A stretch of DNA of 64,000 bases from assembly GCA_044376115.1 (NCBI GenBank), contig JBILLK010000007.1, forward strand, positions 64,001 through 128,000. The letters are read 5' to 3'. The notes below the pieces were generated by a model, which saw only the letters and a list, made by a program, of their open reading frames with translations, searched no databases and was not told the DNA's origin. The stretch is from Polyangiaceae bacterium. GTDB taxonomy: Bacteria > Myxococcota_A > Polyangia > Polyangiales > Polyangiaceae. Each line of letters begins with the position of its first letter. Within the stretch, counting starts at the first letter, position 1. Shown here one piece after another: positions 46,701-53,919 of this stretch. The position numbers and the translations under genes were made by a program.

Positions 46701-46856
46701 GGCGATGGTGGTCACCGTCACGATCGGGACGTCCACCGATGGGTAGCGCTCGACGGGCAGTCCGCGCAAGGTCGCGAGGCCCGCGACAACCATCGCCAGC
46801 ATGAGCACCCACGTGAAGACCGGTCGCGCTACGAAGACGCGGAGGGCGCTGCTCAT
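43719..46856 (-). CDS. RND efflux permease (AcrB/AcrD/AcrF family)
   Basis: Start MSSALR after GGAGG; GIVIDDAVVVIENV, RLRPILMTT, AQFESWLHP. Confidence 0.95.
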   Translation of the reverse strand: MSSALRVFVARPVFTWVLMLAMVVAGLATLRGLPVERYPSVDVPIVTVTTIADGLSSGQVETDVTSPIEEALGTIGGLTRVDSTSQEGVSVVMAQFALEKPGAEAAQEARDKLARVSLPRSVGTPRAELFDANAAPILVIALTSSRSHTPVELSQLAERRLKRDLASVDGVGSVRISGGSERALRVELSLERLESAGLTPTDVTRALQLENLDAPGGAVAIGEREQQLRLDAKARSPEQLGQVVLGSRGAEPVKLADVAELRDASATPTSLAALSGQSTVLVSVSKRSGANTLEVLAEVRARLASVSEAGLPEGVELTVVRDEGVFVEASLRAVEEHLVLGSIFAALVILLFLRSGRATVIAALAIPTSVIGTFAVLGWLGISLNMLSLLGLTLAVGIVIDDAVVVIENVYRILEEKQLDPVAATLEATREISLAVLATTLSLVAVFLPIGFMSGIVGRFLSSFGLTMSVSILLSLVVAFTLTPMLCARWLKAPKVSQAPATAHGGGALERGYEVLLRAALRRPKIVALACLASLVAILPIGAALPKTFLPYEDEARFEIYLRMPPGTVVEQTALVAERAAALTRTNPEVARTVTAAGAPEDDPVRGSHEATIYVALDRRGVQREAVEEIRARLAEALPPEVLVMVSPVSDFGSAGPDGAAVQFVLRGDDLGTLDVAASALLDDARKLQGTTDHGVTSAPPARDLAFVGTRERMKEHRVSHAELAETLGLVGRKGVVVGAVRAPREAEDATFPAVLSVRTPLGPPSETSRPIAARSEDGSRVYLPQLGSIQDAAAPPIIRRTNRQRQVTLFMNTVPGTSDDAVVGALEQSFRELKLPAGYRAEVIGNASEMEKAGDAFLTAILLSFVFMYLVIAAQFESWLHPITILASLPLTLPFALGSLLVGGQSLNLFSALGFLVLFGIVKKTSILQVDHVIALRARGMERTEAVILGNVQRLRPILMTTVAFVAGLLPLVVSNGPGSGTSRAIAVGLVGGQTLALLLTLLATPVMYVWLDDLREAWMKWRRRRSAELSASDRSQASRPGQA

Positions 46857-48184
46857 CGCGCACCTCCTTCGAGCTCGCGCCGCGCCAGGGCGAGACGGAG
46901 CTCGGTCTCGGCGTCGAGCTCGCCAAGCTCTGCCGCAAGGTGAGCCGACTCCGCGGCGATCACGTCGGTGATCGTCGTGACGCCGCGCTCGAGCTCGGCT
47001 CTCCGCTGCTCTGCGAGCCCGCGCGCCAGCTCGGACCGCGCCTTCGCCAGGCGCCGGAGTTCGTCGCTGGACCCGACGCGAAGCTCCGTCTCGCGCTTCG
47101 CCCGGCTCGACTCGGAGGTCGCCTGCTCGAGCCGGGCGCGCGCTGCAGCGGTCTCCGCTTGTGCGCGTCGTCGGGCGGTGCTGCCCACGGTGAGGCTCGA
47201 GAGCGACCATTCGAGCTGTGCGGTCAGCTCCCACGTGGGTACCGCGGTGAGGTCCGTTGCACCAAAGGCCCGCGCGCTCGGAGCGCTGACGTCGCCCGCC
47301 GCGATGAGCGACACGCGCGGTACGAGCGCGAGCGAGGCCTCGGTTTCTCGCAACAGGGCCGCCTCCACATGGGCATTCGCCGCCCGGATCGACGCGTCCT
47401 CGCGCGCGCTGTGGCGGGGTGCGAGCGCGTCCTCCGGGAGCGGAACAACGACGGGGTGCGGCGCTTGCGCCAGGCCGGGGACGAAGACCGAGAGCGCGGT
47501 GAGCCCGCTCTCGACCTCGACCGCTGCGCGAGCGACCGACTCTTTGCGATCGAGCGCGCTCCCGCGCAGGAGCAGGACGTCGGCGGGTGAGCTGCGGCCG
47601 GCCTCGAGGTCGAGCTCTGCGACGCGAACCTGCAGATCTGCGACGTCCCGCGCGCGCCCTGCGATCTCGAGCGCGAGCCATGCGCGTCGGTAGGAGAGGA
47701 AGGTGACCCGCGCTTCGAATGCGACGCGATCGCGAGTCGCCTGCTCGCTCTCTTCGCAAGCTTCTACGCTAAGGCTCGCCGCGGGCGCGCTGAGCGACCA
47801 CCTCACGATCGAGTCGGTAAGAGGAACGACGACGGTCGCGCGCAACGCGAAGTTGTCGAGCACCTGCGGCAGCGTCACGGCCGACTCCGGTGGTGCGCCG
47901 GGGAACGTCAACGTGCGGAAGCGCTCGGGGAGGCTCGAGAGGCGGGTGTAGCGAGCTTGCAGGGCGACCTCGGGTACGGTGCTCCAGAGCACGGCGTCCC
48001 GCTCGCTTTCTGCGATGGAGCATGCGGCGCGGGTCTCGCGGAGCGCCGGGTGAGCCGCGAGGACCGCCTCGACGTAAGCCTGCTCCGACAGCTCGAGAAG
48101 GGCGGCTTCGTCGGCGCGCGCGACGGGGGCGTGCGCGGTGTGGATGAAGAGACTCGCTGCAATGAAGAGCTGCGTCTTGTTCAC
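46853..48184 (-). CDS. TolC-family outer membrane efflux protein
   Basis: Signal peptide, two OEP-like halves, 4-nt overlaps with both neighbours. Confidence 0.85.
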   Translation of the reverse strand: MNKTQLFIAASLFIHTAHAPVARADEAALLELSEQAYVEAVLAAHPALRETRAACSIAESERDAVLWSTVPEVALQARYTRLSSLPERFRTLTFPGAPPESAVTLPQVLDNFALRATVVVPLTDSIVRWSLSAPAASLSVEACEESEQATRDRVAFEARVTFLSYRRAWLALEIAGRARDVADLQVRVAELDLEAGRSSPADVLLLRGSALDRKESVARAAVEVESGLTALSVFVPGLAQAPHPVVVPLPEDALAPRHSAREDASIRAANAHVEAALLRETEASLALVPRVSLIAAGDVSAPSARAFGATDLTAVPTWELTAQLEWSLSSLTVGSTARRRAQAETAAARARLEQATSESSRAKRETELRVGSSDELRRLAKARSELARGLAEQRRAELERGVTTITDVIAAESAHLAAELGELDAETELRLALARRELEGGAR

Positions 48185-49317
48185 GGCATCACCGCCCGGC
48201 CGTCAGCGACGTCGGAGCTGGGCGAGCGGACCACCCGCTCGCCTGGCAAGGCGTTCCTCACGGCGAGACCATCGGGGAGTTCGCGCTCGACCTCCAGAAG
48301 TCGCTCCTCGATGCGGTCGTCGACCACGAAGAAGCCACGGCTCACGCCAGCGAAGGTCCTCACAGTGTCCAGCGGTAGGACCACCAGGCTCTTCGAGTCG
48401 GTGTGGACGCGCACCCCAACGCGCGCGCCGAGAGGCAGTCCCGACGTCTGTTTGATTTCGGCCTCGACTCGCACCGCACGGGTCAGCGGATCCACCTCGG
48501 GAGCGATGCGCGAGACCCTCGCTTCGAGCCCACGCTCTGACGATACGACCGCGCCCTCGGCGACCGAACTCAGCTCTTCGGGCGGCACGTCGAAGGACAG
48601 GCGGAGTCCGCTCGTGTCGAGCACCCGCAGCGCCGGGGTGCCGGGGCCCAGCACGTCGCCGCGCTGCACGATCACCGCCGCGACGACGCCATCGAACGGC
48701 GCGCGAAGCACGCTCGCCTCGACGGCGACGCCGGTCTGGCGCAGCTCCACCCGAGCTTGCTCGGCCCGCGCTCGCGCGACGCTCGCTCCAGCTCGGGCCC
48801 CTATCCAGGCGGCGCGCGCGGAGGTCGCTTCGTGGCGCAGGCGCGAGAGCTCCAGCTCGGGGACGGCCCCTCGCGCGGCGACCGACTCAGCGCGCGTCAG
48901 CGCATCCTGGGCCGTTTCCAGCGTCGACCGCGCTGACGTGACCTCGGGCGTCTCCCCCTCGTTGCCCGCACCCGCGAGCGCCGCCTCCGCCTGACGCAGC
49001 GCGAGGCTCGCGCTGTCGCGAGCGAGCTCTGCGTCCTCCGCCCGGAGGGTGAGGAGCGCGTCTCCAGAGCGCACCTTTTGCCCGAGGGTCACGAGCACCC
49101 GCTCGACGCGCCCGCCCGTCGGGGAAGAGAGCGTCGCACCAACGGAGGGCTCGAGGGTCGCGACGTAGGTCGGTCCCATGGCGACCGTCCGTTGCAACAC
49201 GACGTCGACCTCGACGGCCACCGGGGCCGCCGGAGCCATCGGCGTGGGAGGAGGGTCCGCACAGTGAAGGGACAGGAAGAGCGAGAGGCAAACTCCGACA
49301 CGGCCGGCGACGGTCAT
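48181..49317 (-). CDS. RND membrane fusion (periplasmic adaptor) protein
   Basis: GGRVERVLVTLGQKVRSGD, LRAPFDGVV, RIAPEVDPLTRAV. Confidence 0.9.
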   Translation of the reverse strand: MTVAGRVGVCLSLFLSLHCADPPPTPMAPAAPVAVEVDVVLQRTVAMGPTYVATLEPSVGATLSSPTGGRVERVLVTLGQKVRSGDALLTLRAEDAELARDSASLALRQAEAALAGAGNEGETPEVTSARSTLETAQDALTRAESVAARGAVPELELSRLRHEATSARAAWIGARAGASVARARAEQARVELRQTGVAVEASVLRAPFDGVVAAVIVQRGDVLGPGTPALRVLDTSGLRLSFDVPPEELSSVAEGAVVSSERGLEARVSRIAPEVDPLTRAVRVEAEIKQTSGLPLGARVGVRVHTDSKSLVVLPLDTVRTFAGVSRGFFVVDDRIEERLLEVERELPDGLAVRNALPGERVVRSPSSDVADGRAVMP

Positions 49318-49361
49318 GGGAACACGGTGGTCACTGCGTCTCTGCAGGGCCCGTCGTTCCC

Positions 49362-49413
49362 GACGACTGGTCCATCCGCCCCGACGAGTCGTGCCTGCGG
49401 CGGGACGAACCGC
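49362..49413 (-). promoter_or_regulatory. three LytTR-type direct-repeat boxes, 21-bp period
   Basis: Minus strand GCGGTTCGTC, ACGACTCGTC, ACCAGTCGTC (plus-strand starts 49404, 49383, 49362); resemble the AlgR box ACCGTTCGTC. Confidence 0.75.
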
Positions 49414-49421
49414 AGCCTCCC

Positions 49422-50189
49422 TCAGTCCTCCCGTCCGACTCCGATCGACACCTCGAGCAGACGCTCCTTCACGAAGGCCAGGCGATCTCGGGCTACCGGG
49501 ACGCGGAGCTTCCCGGCCTCCCCGAGCGCGAGGGTCACCTCGCCGCCATCCCGGGTCAGCTCCCGCACGTGCTTCATCGCGACGAGCCAGCTGCGATGCG
49601 CCCGAACGAACGAGGCCCCGAAGGCCGCCTCGAGCGCCGTCAGCGAGAGATCGAGATCCAGCCTGCCTTCCGCGGTGTGAACGAAGGAGAGCCGACCCTC
49701 GGCTTCGAAGGCCCAGACCTCCGACTCCCGCAGGAACCGCAGCGAGCGCTGACGACGCGCGACGACGCGCCGCTCCTCTGCGACTGCTGTCGCGGGAGCC
49801 TGCGGCCGCGCCGCGCGCACGCGCAAGAGCGCCTCTCTTACGCGCTCCTTCGTGAACGGCTTGAGCAGGTAGTCGACGATGCCAAGCTCGAAGGCCGCCA
49901 GCGCGTGCTCGCGAGACGCCGTCGTCAGCACGAAGTGCGGGCACCTCGGCCTTGCGCGCGCGCTGCGCACGAAGTCGAGCCCGGCGGTCTCGGCACGCTC
50001 GGCGCCGACGAGGTGGACGTCCACGAAGGCGACGTCGAGCTCCACGCCCGAGGTCAGTACGAACTGCGCCTCATCTGGATCCGAGACCGCCGCCTCGACG
50101 CGCGCGATGCCGACGGACTCGACGAGCTCCACGAGGTAGCTGCGAGCGGCCCGCTCGTCCTCGAGGATGAGGGCGCGGAGCGGGGTCAT
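49422..50189 (-). CDS. LytTR family response regulator
   Basis: LILEDE, FVDVHL, VDYLLKPF, FVRAHRSWLV, VPVAR. Confidence 0.92.
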   Translation of the reverse strand: MTPLRALILEDERAARSYLVELVESVGIARVEAAVSDPDEAQFVLTSGVELDVAFVDVHLVGAERAETAGLDFVRSARARPRCPHFVLTTASREHALAAFELGIVDYLLKPFTKERVREALLRVRAARPQAPATAVAEERRVVARRQRSLRFLRESEVWAFEAEGRLSFVHTAEGRLDLDLSLTALEAAFGASFVRAHRSWLVAMKHVRELTRDGGEVTLALGEAGKLRVPVARDRLAFVKERLLEVSIGVGRED

Positions 50190-51283
50190 GTTCGAGGCCG
50201 CTCCGGGAGCGTCACCTGTGCGCGCGTGCGGCCGGCGCCGGACGTCCCCGACTCTTCGCGCTCGAACGAGAGCGTCGCGCCTCCTGCTGGAAAGTGCAGC
50301 GTGAGGCGGCGCTCGACGAGCTCGATGCCCTGCCCCCCAGGTCGTCGTTCCCCCAACGCCGGACCGTCGTTCTCGACGCTGACGCGGACCGCGCTCCCCA
50401 TCGACTCGACCTTCACGTGGACCTTGCCACGCTTCACTCGCAGCGCGCCATGTTGCAGCGCGTTTTCGATCAGCGGTTGGATCAAGAGCGCCGGTACTTC
50501 GCGCGCTGCGAGTGCCGGGTCGACCTCCCAACTGATAGCGAGCTGATCCGGGAAACGCAGCTCGTAGATTGAGGCGTAGCGACGAAGCCAGGCGATCTCG
50601 TCGTCGAGCGGGCGCCACTCCTCGGTGCGGTTCGCGTCGCGGAAGAGATCTCCAAGGTGACCGAGCAGCTCCCGCGCTTGGGCCGGCTCGTCGACGAGCA
50701 TCCCGGAGATCGCGTTCATCGTATTCAGCATGAAGTGCGGCTCGAGGTGGCTGCGGAGGCGCAGGAGCTCCGCCTCGGAGAGGGCCTGCCGCAGCGCCGC
50801 GGTGCGCTCGGCATGGGCGCGCAAGACCGCCGGAAAGAAGAAGAGCCCGGTCCAGGCGGCGGTCAGCGGGATCGCGTCGGCGAGCGACGAGGAGATCCCG
50901 TAGAGCAGCGTTTGGGGCTCGCTGCTGTCGAGCGCGCTCCACGAGGGAACCCTCAGCTGGATCATCACCGTGACGAAGTAGACCGCGATCGAGGCCAAGA
51001 GCGTGAGCCCGATCGACACGCCGATGGCCGTACGCAGCGCCACACGTCTGCGGAGCAGTGCGTGGAAAGACAGCACCAGCGTGACCAGCGCGCCGGCCAC
51101 GGTGAGCCCGAGCCAGAGCAGCGCCGCCAAGACGAGCTGCATCGAGTAGACGTCAAAATACGCTCGCACGAGGAGCGGCAATGCCACCAGCGCGAGCGTC
51201 AGCACGAACACGACCGCCGCGAGCCTCACCATCTGCCCGAGCGGGATCGGCGGGCCGTCGAGCGTCAACCTTGCTTGGTGCAC
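50186..51283 (-). CDS. LytS/AlgZ-type membrane histidine kinase
   Basis: Four TM segments; RSHLEPHFMLNTMN; QPLIENALQHG; GQGI. Confidence 0.92.
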   Translation of the reverse strand: MHQARLTLDGPPIPLGQMVRLAAVVFVLTLALVALPLLVRAYFDVYSMQLVLAALLWLGLTVAGALVTLVLSFHALLRRRVALRTAIGVSIGLTLLASIAVYFVTVMIQLRVPSWSALDSSEPQTLLYGISSSLADAIPLTAAWTGLFFFPAVLRAHAERTAALRQALSEAELLRLRSHLEPHFMLNTMNAISGMLVDEPAQARELLGHLGDLFRDANRTEEWRPLDDEIAWLRRYASIYELRFPDQLAISWEVDPALAAREVPALLIQPLIENALQHGALRVKRGKVHVKVESMGSAVRVSVENDGPALGERRPGGQGIELVERRLTLHFPAGGATLSFEREESGTSGAGRTRAQVTLPERPRT

Positions 51284-51419
51284 TGTCCCGTGAGCATGCT
51301 TTCATCCTACCGGCGTCAGAGCCTTCTACAAGCGATCGCTCGGCGCCGGCTTGTCCCATCGAAGCGCGGATGGACGCCTTTGTGTTCAGACCTGCCTCGG
51401 ATTTGCGGAGGCGAGGTCG

Positions 51420-51774
51420 TCCCCTGAGGGGCGGCGCGCCGCCCACGGTCGAGCTGCTCAACGCATCCGACTCGACCTCGGCCGCCTTCGGTGCGCGTTA
51501 TGATCGCGACTGGGAGCACCTTGATGGCACGGACGGTTGGCCGACGACGGCGCCCGTGGGCAGCTTTCAAAAGGGCCGCACCACGCAGGGCGTCGACGAC
51601 ATGGCTGGGAACGTATGGGAGTGGACGGCCACCCTCGACCCGGACGACGGCAGCCGCATGATCCGCGGAGGCAGCTGGGGTGATCGCGAGCCAAGCGCCT
51701 TCATGGTTGGCGCGCAACGCTGGAACGACCCGGACAAATACGTCGGCCTCGTCGGCTTTCGCTGCGCGAGGTGA
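51420..51774 (+). pseudogene. C-terminal fragment of an FGE/SUMF1-domain gene
   Basis: TAPVGSF..G...DMAGNVWEW...RGGSW...GFRCAR; no N-terminal half; disrupted sequence near 51425. Confidence 0.7.
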
Positions 51775-51818
51775 TCCGCTCCCGCGGCGAAGGGTCGCAG
51801 GCGCGGCGGGTACCGCCT

Positions 51819-52071
51819 TGCGACACATCGCCCGCTGTCACGGTAAGACTCGCCGATCTGTCGCACCGGGCGGCGAGGAGGCCAACGCCCAGCGGCTCGA
51901 CTTCCGTCTTCCTGCGACACATCGCCCGCTGTCACGGTGAGACTCGCCGATCTGTCGCACCGGGCGGCGACGAGGCCAACGCCCAGCGGCTCGACTTCCG
52001 TCTTCCTGCGACACATCGCCCGCTGTCACGGTGAGACTCGCCGATCTGTCGCACCGGGCGGCGACGAGGCC
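51819..52071. repeat. 94-bp tandem repeat, about 2.7 copies, each containing a 47-bp imperfect palindrome
   Basis: Units start at 51819, 51913, 52007; TGCGACACATCG...CGATCTGTCGCA; copies 1 and 2 differ at two positions. Confidence 0.95.
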
Positions 52072-52284
52072 CCATCGCGCCTTTCGGTCAATCATCGAAC
52101 GGGTCCCTCGGCGGCCTGAGGCATGGCTTCGGCAGGAACGGTGGGAGCTGAGGTCTTCGGAGGGCTGGCTTCTAAGTGCGAAGCGTGAGGGCGCTTTCAC
52201 AAGCGAGCTCGTCGTTCGCCGGTTTGCTCGCGGTGTCAGGTTCTCGTCACGGCGGGGGCTCCAAACTTGCGAAGGCCCGGCGCC

Positions 52285-52548
52285 ATGTACACCCGATCCT
52301 TGCTCGCTGTTTTCGTGCTCGCTGCGGCCGCGCCGGCGCAAGCACAGCCCGTCGATTCGCAGCCGATTGAGCCGACCCAGGCTGTAGCGCCGCCGGCTCC
52401 AGCCGCGCCAGCGCAAGCGGCGTCCACGAAGCAGCCCTTCATCCAGCCGTCTTCAACGGCAGATGGTTGGCTCGCGACCGATGCCGACACCGCAGGCTCT
52501 GAGCTCCTGGAGCGCGTGGGACACGCTCGACGACGCGAGCCGGCGTAA
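52285..52548 (+). CDS. short ORF with Sec signal peptide, probably a truncated gene
   Basis: MYTRSLLAVFVLAAAAPAQA-QP then a P/A-rich linker; 3' end overlaps the next gene out of frame. Confidence 0.4.
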   Translation: MYTRSLLAVFVLAAAAPAQAQPVDSQPIEPTQAVAPPAPAAPAQAASTKQPFIQPSSTADGWLATDADTAGSELLERVGHARRREPA

Positions 52549-53290
52549 GGTGGTGAGCGAGACCGCAAAGGCGCTCGGCCCCGGCTACAAACCGACGAAG
52601 CTCGTCGGAGAGCGCAAGATGGGCTGCGTCAAACACGTCCCCACCGGCTACGAGTTCCTTCTCATGCCTGGCGGCTCCTTCTCCATGGGGATCACGGAGG
52701 CGGAGGAAGAGCGCATTCTCGACGTGCTGCGCACGCTCGGGGGCTTTCCCGATGCGCCCAAAGACGAACGAGGCGCGTGGGAGAAGAGGCTCAAGAGAGA
52801 GGTTCGCAGCATCGCCACGGCCGCCCGCCCCGTGCATGACGTGTCGGTCGCTCCGTTCCTTTGTGGTCGCCGCCACCTCGGCGAAACGAGCCTCGCCCCT
52901 GCGTGGCGCGCCCTCTGCGAAGCGGAGTGGGAATATGTTGCCCGCGCGAGCTACCTGGATGGCTGGCTGCTCCATCCGCCGCTCACGTGGGGCAATGAGA
53001 ACGGTCCCGGCCGCGCGCTCACCCAGGAGAGCCCGCTAGGTTTTTTTGATTTGGTGTCGTGGGCCGGGGAAGGCTTCCCGGAGGACGGCTGGGCTGGCCG
53101 CGGGGGTTATCAAGGCGCGCCGAGCGTCGCGGGGCCGTTCACGCCGGAGGGCGGTGAACTTGATTGGATCGCCCGGGGTGGGCCCACGAACGGATGGGCC
53201 TCGGAGGTGGCTGGCGTCTGGGCGTTCTTCGCCGGAGCTCGAAGCAACGCGTGCGGCACGGGACGGCGCGCTGCGATCTCCTTCACGTGA
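52481..53290 (+). CDS. divergent FGE/SUMF1-domain protein
   Basis: FLLMPGGSFSMG, RPVHDVSVAPF, LCEAEWEYVARA, SPLGFFDL, IARGG. Confidence 0.75.
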   Translation: MPTPQALSSWSAWDTLDDASRRKVVSETAKALGPGYKPTKLVGERKMGCVKHVPTGYEFLLMPGGSFSMGITEAEEERILDVLRTLGGFPDAPKDERGAWEKRLKREVRSIATAARPVHDVSVAPFLCGRRHLGETSLAPAWRALCEAEWEYVARASYLDGWLLHPPLTWGNENGPGRALTQESPLGFFDLVSWAGEGFPEDGWAGRGGYQGAPSVAGPFTPEGGELDWIARGGPTNGWASEVAGVWAFFAGARSNACGTGRRAAISFT

Positions 53291-53919
53291 TTGGAGCCCT
53301 CGCGCAGCTCGCTACAATAGATAGGGCACGGACGTAAGCATCACGCTGGCGCAATGACGTTGCTCGACGGCACGAATGCGACATTCAGGCTTCCGATGGT
53401 TCATCGCCCGGCCGAATGTCGCACCCTCGTCAACGGCCTCGAGGCGGTACTGCGCCATTGAGAACGGGCGCGCGGGAAATTCGCTGAGATCTGGCTTTTT
53501 GCAACGCGAGGTCGCTGCGCCGCTCACCGTCGGTACGACGTTGGGGAGCCGGATGAAGTATCGCGCGGCCCAATGTCGCTGTTCGCTCGGGTGCTCAACT
53601 TGGCTGCTCGTCACGTCGCGCGCGTCACGGCAGCGAACCTGCGCCCGGAAGGCCTTCACAGGGAGTACGCGGTCGCGAGGTAAACGCGTGCTCGAAGCTG
53701 GGCCGGGGTAGCGAGGATCGGCCATCGAATTGGGCATTTTGTGGAGTTCGGTCGCCCATCGGTGGGCGATGGGAGGTGTTTCTCAACAATCCGTCCACTT
53801 CGACCGCCCATCGTCGGTCTTTGTTTGCGCCCTTGTTCGCTTGGCACCGCCGCGACACAAGCTCACCGCCCGCTGTAGCGGGGAGATGCTCTACCGCCAC
53901 AGCGGAGGGCCCGCCGCCT

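Noticed and set aside
46857..47759. N-terminal extension of the RND ORF in the six-frame track (likewise the extensions to 49944, 50942, 31010 and 3730, and from 36661)
   Set aside because: Arg-rich shadow frames that mostly overlap real neighbouring genes; downstream starts have an RBS, a 4-nt overlap or match the family N-terminus
51819..52071. CRISPR array interpretation of the palindromic repeats
   Set aside because: The intervening 47-bp segments are near-identical rather than unique spacers, and there are no cas genes in the window
51420..53290. Diversity-generating retroelement (FGE/CLec targets plus hairpin)
   Set aside because: No reverse transcriptase and no template repeat differing at adenines; the two FGE-like genes are not near-copies
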